Part shown: piece by piece, positions 12,973 to 25,277 of the stretch
How positions within the stretch are numbered: position 1 is the first letter of the stretch
How the letters are laid out: every line of letters starts with the position of its first letter
Source: Eledone cirrhosa
Lineage: Eukaryota
DNA length: 64,000 bases
NCBI GenBank assembly: GCA_964016885.1
Contig: OZ024742.1
Location: 4,154,001-4,218,000, forward strand
Reading direction: 5' to 3'
Program-made: the position numbers and the translations under genes
The notes under the pieces: generated by a model
Seen by the model: the letters and a program-made list of their open reading frames with translations, nothing else
What the model was told of the DNA's origin: nothing
Databases searched by the model: none

Positions 12973-13309
12973 ATACACACAACAAGAAACTAATGACTTG
13001 CATAATTGAACACACAGACATTTCACAGCACGACTACATAATACCAGCACCAATCAAAACGCCAACTAACATAAGACTGCTGAAAATAGCACAGAAACAA
13101 TACACAAACATTAAAATGAAATTCCCCAAAGCAGTTGGTGATTTCAGAGACCTAGGAGGGATTCTCAACCGAAGAGTATATTCGGACATACTCATAGAAG
13201 AGCCGACGACCAGCCGAAGGGACCATTCAACGGTCCCTTCACCGGACGATCAAGTGAAAAGGGATGGAAAAACCATCCTTCCTCTACGAAAAGTACGTCC
13301 CGCTCTTTA

Positions 13310-15714
13310 GTGTTAATGGGCGACTGGAACGGGATCTTAGATGCACGCCGGGACTGTGTGGGATTAGCAGATAGGGGTGGAGGGTGCAAGAGCCTCACCA
13401 ACCTGCTCAGGCGTTTTGAACTGTCTGACAGGTACCGATTGGATTTCCCGAATGTGCGAATGTGGACTTGGACAAATCGCATAGGGTCATCCAGATCATA
13501 TCTAGATAGAGTATTTTGTAGGGAAATAGATAGGTCTAGCATAGGCTGTCCACAATTCAAGATAGTCAGCTACACGGACCACAAATTCGTGATCTGTGTG
13601 CTTGACTTAGATAGGCTTCATAGACGAGGACCCGGCTACTGGAAGCTAAACGCGTCCTTACCAGCGCGCAAGGCCTACATAGACCGGATTAGCGAACTAG
13701 TTAAGCGGGCGTTGACGGGGGCCATCGTCAACAACAAGTGGTGGTTTGCTCTGAAAAGAACGATTAGAATAGAATCCATTAGGTTTAGTAAGGCTTTAGC
13801 AATAGAGAAAAATAGAGCAGAGGGAGAACTAGTTAGAAAATTAGACGAGGCGGTTAGCAAAGGCATTGCGACCGACGTGCTTGCGGCGAAATTGGCACTT
13901 GACCAATTCTTCAATGCAAAGCACGAAGGCTGCGTTGTCAGAGCTAGGGTGCGTGCTCTCAGATACGAGGGGACAAAAGCCGTTCAATGGGCCCGAGTGG
14001 CGGAGGCGCGTCGTGGCAACAAAGCAACGATCCGGTCTTTGGTGGACCACGACGGGCCCATGCTACTCGAACCCGGGCAAATGTGTGAAGCTTTTCAGCG
14101 ACACTTAGCTCAGCTGTTCGGGGGCAGCGGTGGGCCGGATCGAGGGATGGACTTTAGTGTCTACCTCGACGGACTGCCGCGGCTCTCGGCCACTGAGGCG
14201 AAGTGTTGCGAAAAGCCGATAAAAGCCGCTGAAGTAAGGGAGGCAATGACTGGCTGCACAAGGGGTAAATCGCCTGGTTTGGATGGTCTGCCCTATGAAC
14301 TTTACGTACAGATGCCAGACTTGTTCGGACGCCTCTTGGCGGACGTCTACTGCAACTGGCAACAGAACGGGAGAATTCCCAGTTCTGTGAGCCGAGGAGC
14401 GGTGGCACTGCTGAGAAAGGATCCGAACAACGGGGATAACATAGATAATTTCCGGCCCATAACTCTGCTAAACACAGAGTTCAAGATTTTGGCCAAGGTG
14501 CTAGCAAAGAGGTTGGCGCTTGTCGTTGGTGGTCTGGTGGGAGAGGCGCAGACATGCGCCATTCCCGACAGATCCATCTACAACAACCTCCACCTCATGC
14601 GATACACCGTAGAGGGGGTAGCTAGGGAACCTGGCGCGGGTGGGTCCTTGATCAATTTAGATCAGTCGAAAGCTTTCGATAGGGTCGACCATCGTTACCT
14701 AGCGGCAGTCCTGAGGGCGGCTGGCTTTGGGCCCGTCTTCAGAGGCTGGATCGCTGCGATGCACAGCGACATCTGCTCTGTGGTGAGAGTGAACGGTCAC
14801 CTTTCGGAACCGTTCAACATCATGCGTCGGTCCGCCAAGAATATCCCCTCTCATCCCTCTTGTACGTATTGACTCTCGAGCCATTACTGCACAAACTGGA
14901 GACGTTGAGGGGCGTCCCGCGCGAACTAGGATGCGGAAGTTCCGTGTCAGCATATGCGGACGATGTCACCGTAGTGGTGTCGAACGCCAAACACATCGAG
15001 GCGATCGGCACTACACTAAGAGAATACGAAGCGGTGACACGAGCAATGATCAACCAGGAAAAATCAATGGGGCTGCAACACGGCACCTGGAGAGGCAGGT
15101 CCATGCCGTCCAACAGCGTCGTCAGCAGGGTGGCTTCTCTCACCCAGAAATGGGCGGAGAGGAAGCTATCCCTGAAAGATCGAGCGGAGGTGGCTAACGC
15201 GTACATCGCATCTGTCATCTGCTACCGCCTGACCGTCGTACCTTGTCCTAAGCCCCGCCTGACTGCGCTGGAGCGTTTGCTCTTTCGCTTTTTGTGGAAG
15301 GGACGCGCTCCGATGGTCAGGCGGTCCATCTGCTGTCAACACCCGCTACGTGGAGGGCTGGGAATGCCGTGGCTGATGATGCGCAGACACGCGCTCAGGC
15401 TTCGACATCTCCACCTCTTCCTCGACGGTGATCAGGTGTGGTCGCCGTTTGCTAGACACGTATTTCCCCAGCTCGTTTCCTTGACGGAGCTGCAGTCCTG
15501 GGTCAAAGAGATAGTATAGTGGACACGTTTGAAAAGGCTGAAGACGAGCACTTACCTCTTCGGTGATGCCCTGATTGGCTTTTTCAAATTTCATTTGAAA
15601 AGGAAAATCAGAGTAGAGAGGGAAGTGCTCTCTTCCCAGCATTTTGTTGAAAGATGGGTGAGAGAAGCAAGAATGGCCCGAGTGAATGGGCCTACTCTGA
15701 GTATATATCTGTAA
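13310..15714 (+). pseudogene. Tx1-like ORF2 (endonuclease-RT), disrupted
   Basis: ORFs 13310..14872, 14860..15519 and 15529..15714. Frameshift in the GxRQG motif. The N-terminal part of the endonuclease and the zinc-finger region are missing. Confidence 0.92.
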
Positions 15715-16403
15715 ATTAAAGGTGGAAAACTGGGAGAGGGCACTTGCCTTGGTGGTCAGGGTCACTGTGGCCTTTTACTGGGCTTTCTCCACTAATGTCC
15801 CTCCGAAGTCTCCCCCCTATTGGGGAATTTTTCATTGTTATTTTTTGTTACATCCTCTGTTTTTTGTTTTTTACACGCAGAAATGCCCATTTGTACCGTC
15901 CTGTATTGTCCTGCACTGTCCTTAATGTCTACCTTATGTAAATCCTTGTGGTTAATAAAGAAATCATTATTATTATTATTATTATTATTATTTCATTTGA
16001 AAAGGAAAATCAGAGTAGAGAGGGAAGTGCTCTCTTCCCAGCATTTTGTTGAAAGATGGGTGAGAGAAGCAAGAATGGCCCGAGTGAATGGGCCTACTCT
16101 GAGTATATATCTGTAAATTAAAGGTGGAAAAGTGGGAGAGGGCACTTGCCTTGGTGGTCAGGGTCACTGTGGCCTTTTACTGGGCTTTATCCACAAATGT
16201 CCCTCCGAAGTCTCCCCCCTATTGGGGAATTTTTCATTGTTATTTTTTTGTTACATCCTCTGTTTTTTGTTTTTTACACGCAGAAATGCCCATTTGTACC
16301 GTACTGTATTGTCCTGCACTGTCCTTAATGTCTACTTTATGTAAACCCTTGTGGTTAATAAAGAAATCACTATTATCATTATTGTTATTATTATTATTAT
16401 TAT

Positions 16404-16447
<44 letters not shown>

Positions 16448-17826
16448 ATAATAGTAGTAGTAGTTTGTCCACCCTCAGGATTGATCTTAATCCCTGGTTT
16501 AGTCCAAACTGTGGGCCACATCCAATCGTCTTAGTTATCATGACGTTGTTTCCTTCTTTTCACTTTATATCCAATACCTTTCATATTATTTCTATAATGG
16601 ATGGCAGATACGGTAAACCTTATATCAGAGTCTATAGGTAAAGCCATTCAATTTGTGTGTACAAATCCCACCGAGATCAACTTTTCTTTTTATCCTGACG
16701 CGCTAGTAAAATTTCTGAAATATTTATGAGGATGATGACAAAAGGGATATTCTCTAAATATGCATACGGACGCCAAACCTTAAAATGAAAGGTGACATTT
16801 ACCATATATATATATATATATATATATGTATATTCATTAGTTAGACCACAAATTTCACAAGGAAGACATTATTAAAAGATTGTCAACATAGTTTTAGTTT
16901 AATGTAAGGAATGTAAAGAATAATAATAATAATACTAATAATACTAATAATGTCCGTTTACAATTGTTTCGCTCCCCCATATAATGTTTCTGGATCAAAT
17001 GATTATAGATCATTATTGATCTAGTTCAGTTGAAGATAATTAATTTAGGTAAAATTGGAGCTGTTCATCGGAACTTCAAAAGGAATATAAATTAAGGTAA
17101 AAAAAAGGTGGTTACAAGAATGTAATGTTCCATATATTGGTATTTCACTATGGTGTCTTGTTTTGCTTAACTAATGAATATTTCCAGCTCTGTGCACCTA
17201 ACCTCTGCATGAACCCAGCCACCTAGCTGCCTTCCACTGCATATTGCACATTGAGCACATGCCTTTACGCTTTGGCTTCTAACTAATTCACCAATCTCTC
17301 TTCTCCTCTCCTATCTCCATCTCTCTCTTTAAGATTAGTTACTCTTGAACTGTATATATATATATATATATATACATACATAGCAATTAAAAGTCTCCCT
17401 GGTTCTCCGATTGGCTTTACAGATGACTCTGCTTTGAAACAACTGATCTTGTGTATTTATACATTTCATGTCACATATGCAGTTAGATTTTCATGTTGTC
17501 CACAATTGACGTAGAAAGGAAGCGAAAATAGATTGTTAGTTGTTATGTTTTCAACATTCTTCAATGCGAATTAAATTAGATTAATATTTGTATTCAAAAA
17601 TAGAATCAGGTTTCTAACTTTTAATCTATTTTATTATTGTTTCAATACATTTAAATAATATAAAAATATTTGCGTTATTAGTGACAACATAAATTCACTA
17701 GTTTCATATTTTATCACATTCATACATTTCCAACTGTTATATCTCACTACTGTTTTATAATTCATCTTTCTACTATCCCAGATAAAATATTGTTATAAAA
17801 TATTGTTATAAAGTATGGCGTAGTAG

Positions 17827-19958
17827 GTGTCAGGTCACCAGTTGGTGCTACTGGTAACATGTATCCCAGTACAACCTGTATCATGGTCGGGTCGTTGGCG
17901 ACTAAACTGGCAACCCCACCAAGGTTTCTTGGTGAGGAGGGTGACTTTGGACATCCTGCAGGACTAAAAACAAAACCTGTCACAGGAAGTCCCTCAGAGA
18001 AGCTTGGGTCAGCGACAACACCTGGCAGCTGATTAATGAAAGGAAAGCCTTACACCAGCAGAGGCATGCCACTACCCCAGAGGCCATCAAGGTATATCAG
18101 CAGTATGTTGACAAGGACAAGGAGGTGAAACGCAGCGCCCAAAAGGACAAACGAATGTGGCTTGAGGGTAAGGCAGAGGAGGCGGAAGCAGCTGTGGCAC
18201 AAAATGACATGCGCTCTGTGTACCAAATTGCCAAGAAAATCACCGGCAGCTCTAGAGCTAACTCAGGCCCGGTGAAAGCGAAAGATGGTACGCTGCTTTC
18301 CAAGGGTGAAGAAAAGTTAGTCAGATGGGCTGAACATTTCAAGGAAGTCCTCAACCGACCGGATCCACGTGTGCCAGCAGACACTAAGGAACCTACTAGT
18401 TTGTTGCCTATCAATACTGATGACTTCACCGAGAAGGAAGTCAGCATGGCCATCAAAACTCTTAAGAATAACAAGTCACCAGGTATGGATGGCATTTATA
18501 CTGAAATGCCGAAGTCAGGAGGCGGAAGCATGGTCAAGTGGATGCGCCACTTATGTAATCTTATGTGGAACAAGGGTGAAGTCCCAGAAGATTGGAGAAA
18601 CGGAGCGGTTGTCTGTATCCCCAAGAAGGGCAACCTTGCCGATTGTGACAACTGGAGGGGAGTGACATTTCTCTCCATACCAGGGAAGGTCTATTGTCTG
18701 ATGATCATGAACCGCATACGTGGCATGGTAGACCGGGAACTGCGAGAACAACAGGCAGGGTTCCGACCAAAACGTTCCTGTGCAGAGCAGAGCTTTACGT
18801 TACGCCTCATCATTGAGAGGTACAACGAATTCCAGAGGCCCCTCGCCGCCAGCTTCATCGATTTCTCCAAAGCATTCGATAGCATTCATCGGCCGTCACT
18901 CTGGAGCCTCATGCATGGGTATGGTCTGCCCCAGAAAGCCATTTCGGCAATCAAACAGATTTATGCAAACTCCAAGTGCTGCATACGGACAGAGGATGGT
19001 TACAGTGACTGGTTTGAGGTGGTTACTGGTGTGCGTCAAGGTTGCTCGCTCTCTCCAATTCTCTTTGCCATAGCCATTGTAGCCATTGACTGGGTACTAA
19101 GAAGAGCGTCTAAAGACCAGGGTTTATCTTGGGTGGGAGAGCAAAAGTTGTCTGACCTGGACTTTGCGGACGATATTGTTACACTTGCAGAGAGCACAGC
19201 TTACCTGCAAATCATTATGAACAATATCAATGTCGAAGCAGGAAGCTTAGGTCTCAATATCAGTGCTAAGAAGATCAAAATCATGTTATCTGGGACACAC
19301 CCATCACCAACTAGTGTTTTCATTGAACAGGGGGAGGTGGAGATAGTGGACAACTTCACCTACCTAGGAAGCTCCATTGACAATGGGGGCGCCATGGACA
19401 GTGAATTGCAATGTAGAATGGGAAAGGCTTCAGCAGCATTTAACCAACTTGTCAAGATCTGGAAGAGCAGGAAGTTCACCCTCAAAACAAAGATGAGATT
19501 CTACAACAGCAACGTGCTGTCCATACTCTTGTACGGAAGTGAAACATGGCACCTTAAGACCAGCCAAGAGAAGAAGTTCGACGCATTCGATTCCAGGTGT
19601 CTGCGAAAGATCCTGGGGATTAAATGGAGTGACCATGTAACAAACCAGGAAGTCAGGAACCGCACCAACCAGCAGCTAGTCTCTTCTGCCATCTGCAAGC
19701 GACGCCTGGGCTGGTTTGGGCACACTTTGAGACTTCCCCCGGAGAGACTGGCGAACCAAGTACTTAAATGGAACCCACAAGGAAGCAGACGGAGAGGGCG
19801 ACCCAAAATGAACTGGCGCCAGACAGTTGAGAGGGACCTGCGAGCGACAAACAGACAATGGCGGGACGCTGTGCAACTGGCTGCTGACCGAACGCGGTGG
19901 AACATTATGATTGCCTCATGCGTCGCAAGACGCGGGAGCTTCTGAGTCTGAGTCTGAG
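17827..19958 (+). mobile_element. RTE-clade LINE with 5'UTR and intact RT but no endonuclease; (TCTGAG)3 tail
   Basis: Stop-free frame from ~17945 to 19945 with NWRGVTFLS, QAGFRPKRS, FIDFSKAFDSI, GVRQGCSLSP, LDFADD, FTYLGS, WFGH and GSRRRGRP. Possible GTAGTAG target duplication at 17820-17826 and 19958-19964. Confidence 0.93.
18125..19945 (+). CDS. RTE reverse transcriptase (606 aa, uninterrupted)
   Basis: ORF track. All RT motifs are present. Confidence 0.85.
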   Translation: MKRSAQKDKRMWLEGKAEEAEAAVAQNDMRSVYQIAKKITGSSRANSGPVKAKDGTLLSKGEEKLVRWAEHFKEVLNRPDPRVPADTKEPTSLLPINTDDFTEKEVSMAIKTLKNNKSPGMDGIYTEMPKSGGGSMVKWMRHLCNLMWNKGEVPEDWRNGAVVCIPKKGNLADCDNWRGVTFLSIPGKVYCLMIMNRIRGMVDRELREQQAGFRPKRSCAEQSFTLRLIIERYNEFQRPLAASFIDFSKAFDSIHRPSLWSLMHGYGLPQKAISAIKQIYANSKCCIRTEDGYSDWFEVVTGVRQGCSLSPILFAIAIVAIDWVLRRASKDQGLSWVGEQKLSDLDFADDIVTLAESTAYLQIIMNNINVEAGSLGLNISAKKIKIMLSGTHPSPTSVFIEQGEVEIVDNFTYLGSSIDNGGAMDSELQCRMGKASAAFNQLVKIWKSRKFTLKTKMRFYNSNVLSILLYGSETWHLKTSQEKKFDAFDSRCLRKILGIKWSDHVTNQEVRNRTNQQLVSSAICKRRLGWFGHTLRLPPERLANQVLKWNPQGSRRRGRPKMNWRQTVERDLRATNRQWRDAVQLAADRTRWNIMIASCVARRGSF

Positions 19959-20479
19959 TAGTAGATTGTCTAGCCATTAAAACATACCTTGCCCTATTTA
20001 GTTGTCTCCCTTGGTGTTCGGAGTTCAAATATATCTTAGGGACGTATAAGTCATCTTTCCAAGATCAATAAAAGGAGTTAGCCCCTTGTGTTGTCGTTTG
20101 ACATTCTAGAAACCATTAACTTTTACTGGGAAACGTAACATTGGATTATGTAGTCCTAGATAGACTATGTATAAAAAGAAAATGAGTTGCCATGGTTATA
20201 TCTAATTTAATTAGATATCCGCTCTATCAGTGTTGATTTGGGGTATATGAAGAAGAACAGCCATTCAAAAACTGGGATCGATTCAATCCTCACACAGGCG
20301 ATCTTTCTAGAAAATGAGAAGTCGGGCTTCTTAACGTAAAAGTTGAACATCGTATTCAACCTCCTGATATTGTTGTTTGAGCCTTGTGAAGTGTAAAGTT
20401 TCCTGCTGAGAAAATATTTAAAAGATATTCCAAGTGAAATATCTCGACTGACTACTAATGGTAGTTATTAGTGTTGTTC

Positions 20480-21092
20480 TTGTTAATACTTTCTTTTATT
20501 GCTTGTTGCTGTTGTCGCTGTCAGTCTGGATGATGTTGCTGTTATAGTTGTTGTTGTAGTGTTAGATGTTGCTGTTATAGTTGTTGTTGTTGTAGTGTTA
20601 GATGTTGCTGTTACATTTGTTGTTGTTGTTGTTGTAGTGTTAGATGTTGCTATTATAGTTGTTGTTGTTGTCGTTGTTGTAATATCTGCTGTTGCTGTTT
20701 TATCTGCTGCTGCTGCTGTTCTTGTTGATAATGTTTGCATATGCAATTTCCATGAAGAGTGATTTACAAGTGTTGCAAATTGAAAATAAAGAAGCTTGGG
20801 TGGGCTAGCATAATTGTTTGTGTCTTATACAGAACGTAAAGATTTCATTACTTTCAAGTGTATTCTATATATGGAGATATCGCTGTGTCATTGCGACATT
20901 TTCCTCTCCAAACATGTATTACACGAGAAATTTTGATAAACTATGGCTGCTTCCTACAATAGAACATGACTTGGAAGCTTTGGTTAAAGAGATTAGGTGC
21001 CTACGTAGTTGTGATAAGGCAGAGATACGCTCTCTCGAGTTTCTCATCCTTGACCCAGCGGAACAAGCTTACAATTACTGCTGGAGGGTTCA
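20480..21092 (+). repeat. Left arm of an inverted duplication (GTT-rich minisatellite + ~330 bp unique sequence)
   Basis: Reverse complement of ~22838-23378. ORFs 20818..21096(+) and 22837..23184(-) are nearly identical. Confidence 0.9.
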
Positions 21093-22514
21093 ATAAACTA
21101 ATGCCGTAATTTAGGATGACTTGCTGATCAGAATGTACCGTGTTTTCACTAAAAGTTTTATGTGCCATTGTAGTCGCCAGAAGAGACAGACACTGTTTTT
21201 TCCTTTCGCCTACACTTGACCCATCGGTGAATCCAGACTATTACAGGCTGTCTGTACATGTCACAGCGTAAATATCCATCGCAAAGAGGCTCTGCTCAAC
21301 ATAGCCATCACATTCTATTTCCTTTCTTTTGAAAAAGTGGTCATAATTCTGAACTGTCACAAAATATAAGATCAAATTGGACTCATTTGTTTATACTTCT
21401 TAATTCATATTTCTTGCTGTATTTATTAAAACAATTCTAACAACGTATTTCACATATCTTTGTATAAATGTCCCTCCACCTCACACACTATATATAATTC
21501 CCAGGTCGAACTTTAGTCAAATCATGAATTTTCTCTGACGATTAAATTATTTAGCCCGCTCTTTACGAAATATCTAATGAAAAACACTGTCTATGCTTCT
21601 CAAATCATGTTGAAATTATGGAATATGGAGAGATTTAATAATATAACTTATTTCCTCTTATTGGATGGTGTTTGGAGCATAAGTTAAGAATAATTCACAG
21701 ATAAAATTATTATTGTCGGATTTCAGATATCAAGACTTTAAAATAAATAGTTATATATGATATAAGCAGGAGCAATTTCGGGTAGTTTAATATCAAAAGT
21801 GTTCAACCAATTCCAGCTACTGTGCTGGGGTCATGCTGTGGCCATGCTGACACCACTGTCATGGTTCTATAAGGTCCATTTTCTAAGTATTATATTATAA
21901 GGATTTACTCCACATGCTTACTTTTTCAATGTCACATAAAAGATTAATTCGCAACATGGAAGCCAGAGTGAATTATAAATGACAGTAAAAGCTCCGTTTT
22001 TTTTTATCTAGAAGCAATGCTATTATGGCACACCTTTCTAAGCAGGAATTTGAATAAAAAAAGCGAATAGGATAAATCTTTCTCTCCAGTGTGAATCTAT
22101 CCAGAATCTGGATAATGGCTAAAACAAATTATATGTCAGTATGAAATGTTTCCCCGGATATTGTAGCATGTTCAGCTGTCCTAAGGGAATTGAATAATAT
22201 TCTTTCTTTTAAATCAATCATGATATAGTGTTTGCTAACCATTTCAAGTATCACAAGGTTTTACACCTCATATATTTTTAATCTGCTTCCCTTATTATTT
22301 GACGCTTGTGAAATAAATCTTTCTTTATATATAGGATGCTGAGTGTTTTTAGGAATCAAATATAGTGTATTGGTAAGAGTAGTTTACTGGAGCATCACAG
22401 AGGTAATGGCACTTTGTTATACAATAAAACATGTGCTGAATTCACAAACTATAAACCAATATTGCTTGTTTTCCATTTAAAACATATCTTTTGTACAGAA
22501 GGTAGATACAAAAT

Positions 22515-22815
22515 GTAGGCGCAAGCATGGCTGTGTGGTTAAGGAGTTAGTTTTCCCAAGGCCGTAACTTTCGGCTTAGTATCTGTACATGGCACCTTGT
22601 GTACCTGTCTTCAACTATAGCCTGGCGTTGACCAGTGCATTGATAAATGGAAGAATATCAATACGATCACTATACAATGTCACCCTGATACACGTTAAAC
22701 ATATACAAATGTGTGTTTTAGTGTTTAGGGTGTCAGCTCACGATCGTAAGTTTGTGAGTACGATTCTTAGCGGTGCGTAATGTGTCTTTGAGCAAGAAAC
22801 TTTATTTCACATTCC
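22515..22815 (+). mobile_element. Two degenerate tRNA-derived SINE copies
   Basis: GGCGCAAGCATGGCTGTGTGGTTAAG...GGCACCTTG..TGTCTTCAACTATAGCC, followed by TAGTGTTTAGGGTG...GTGTCTTTGAGCAAGAAACTTTATTTCAC. Confidence 0.6.
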
Positions 22816-22837
22816 GTGGTTAGGGCTATAGTTTAGT

Positions 22838-23378
22838 TAAACCCTCCAGCAGTAATTTGAAGCTTGTTCCGCTGGATCAAGGATGAGAAACTTGAGAGAG
22901 CGTATCTCTGCCTTATCACAACTACGTAGGCACCTAAACTCTTTAACCAAATCTTCCAAGTCGTGTTCTATTGTAAGAAGCAGCCATAGTTTTAGATTAT
23001 CAAAGTTCCTCGTGTAATACATGTTTGAGGAGGAAAATGTCGCAATGACACAGCGATATCTCCATATATAGAATACACTTGAAAGTAATGAAATATTTAC
23101 GTTCTGTATAAGACACAAACAATTAGGCCAGCCCACCCAAGCTTCTTTATTTTCAATTCGCAACACTTGTAAATCACTTTGCAAACATTATCAACAAGAA
23201 CAGCAGCAGTAGATAAAACAGCAATAGCAGATATTACAACAACTATGACAGCAACATCTAACACTACAACAACAACTATAACAGCCATATCCAACACTAC
23301 AACAACAACTATAACATCAACATCTAACACTACAACAACAACAACTATAACAGCAATATCTAACGCTACAACAATAAC
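22838..23378 (-). repeat. Right arm of the inverted duplication
   Basis: See left arm. Confidence 0.9.
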
Positions 23379-23684
23379 TTCATTTCACATTCCAATCGAC
23401 CAAGCTTACAAAAATGAGATTTACCTCTAATGTAAAGGTTTATTATTGTCACACACCATGTCAAACTAGATTTCTCCGGGAGTTACGTTAAATATACCTC
23501 TGTCTGTGACAGGCTTAACACAAGACATAATCTACCTCCAGCACAAAGGGACAGCCTTGTCATATAATGTCATGCTGGATCTCCCTGAGATTACACACGC
23601 TTAAGACATTCTCTGGCAAATACTCCGAGAAGGTTGTTTCGTTGATAAAACGACTGAAACATTCGTTAGCGAAGCCGAGGTAGA

Positions 23685-23910
23685 AACAACAACAACAAGC
23701 ACAAGAACAACAACGTCGACGACGACGACGACGACAACGACGACGACGACGACGACAACAACAACAGCAACGACAACAACAACAACAACGACAACGACGA
23801 CGACGACAACAACAACGACAACGACGACGACGACGACGACAGCAAGAACAACAACGACGACGACGACGACAACAACAACAACAACAACGACGACGACGAC
23901 AACAACAACA
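23685..23910. repeat. (CAA/CGA)n microsatellite
   Basis: Directly visible. Confidence 0.95.
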
Positions 23911-24834
23911 AATATTTTGCATCTCTAATTTGTATTGGGTGTTTTCTTTTTACATTAATTTGAAAGTTAAAACAGTTAAGATATCTTTTGTTTTTGCTTC
24001 CCTCCATTTGCTCAATTTACTCAGGTCATCTCCTGAAACTTCGGGCTTAAAATAATTTAAATAGATAACAGAAAGGACCTGAGGAATCTCTGAACAATAA
24101 TATTTAGATGTGTATAAATTGGTGGGATGCGGCGAATTTTCTGACAGAGAAACGTATTGTAGATAAGACAAAGCTAATCAATATAACTGTATAACATTTT
24201 TGTCCGTCTGTCTCATGTTCTCTCTTTCTCTCGCTCTCCCCACCCCATCTCTCTCTCTCTCTCTCTAGCTAGCTATCTATCCATCAGTCTATTCATCAGT
24301 CTATCCATCTGTCTATCCATCTCTCTATCCATCTGCTGTCTATCCATCTCTCTATCCATCTGCCCACCTATCTGTCTACCTATCTCGCTATTTTTATTTA
24401 TCTATCTATCCACACCGCCCTCCAAAATCAAATTCGTCATTACCAATCTCGTCATCATTAATTTCATTATCTTCAACATAAATCCCGTCATTAGTCTAGA
24501 ATGTTTAAAGCGATTGTTTAAAGAAAATATTACAAAATGCGAAGCACTGGAAACAGTGACAACAAACCACAGAATTGTAAAAGAATCGAAAACATTTTAA
24601 AGTTTCACGAATGAGTGCATGATTTGTGTAAAGAAATTGTCACAATCTACATTATTATATTGTATACAACACAATAAAAGCATGGCAAGGTCCCGTAACT
24701 CCTGGTGGAGACGTGGGGGCAACATATTGACATACTGTGTTTCTTGGGCATTTTTAAACCAGCGGAGCTCATTTCTCCCAGAGAAAGAGGGAGGGAGTGA
24801 GATAAAGGAAGTGAGAAAGAGATATAGAGGACGA

Positions 24835-24975
24835 ATCGAATTCAGTACTTGATAGGTACTTTTCATATCGACCTCGAATGGATGAAAAGCAAATTTGACC
24901 TCGGTGGGATTTGAACTCATAGAACAAAGAGGCGGAACGAGTACCGCAAAGCATTCTGTACGACGTCCAGCTATA
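24835..24975 (-). mobile_element. SINE copy
   Basis: Reverse complement contains GAGTTCAAATCCCACCGAGGTCAAATTTGCTTTTCATCC. Confidence 0.75.
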
Positions 24976-25097
24976 TACAACAACAACAAATAAGACTGGT
25001 TTAACCTTTTATTTCCAACTCTTAATCCTCTCAATATATTCCTAATACATCGACAGCCATCTTTGGGGGACAAACTCAAACAGTTGTTGATCAACAT

Positions 25098-25270
25098 TTC
25101 GTTAGAGTGTCGGACGCCATGCTTTGCAGTATGGAGTTACGGGCCTTTACGATCTGAGATCAAATCCTGCCGAGGTTAACATTAGCCTTTCATCCTTACG
25201 GGATCGATAAAATAAAGTACCAGTAAAGCACTGGAATAATTGCTGGCCTTGTGCCAAGGGTAGAACAATT
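25098..25270 (+). mobile_element. SINE copy
   Basis: Highly similar to 10755-10927. Confidence 0.85.
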
Positions 25271-25277
25271 AAATACA

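Larger units (their letters stand above)
11159..16403 (+). mobile_element. Near full-length Tx1/L1-like LINE (ORF1 + ORF2, internally deleted, duplicated 3' end)
   Basis: ORF1 has a CCHC knuckle. ORF2 has APE motifs (MGDWN, SYLDRVF, TDHK, GPGYWKLN) and RT motifs (KSPGLDGLP, NFRPITLLN, LDQSKAFDRVDH, AYADDVT). AATAAA + (TTA)n tail occurs twice. Confidence 0.93.

Noticed and set aside
22075-22100. IHTGEK zinc-finger linker on the minus strand
   Set aside because: Isolated, with no flanking Cys/His pattern.
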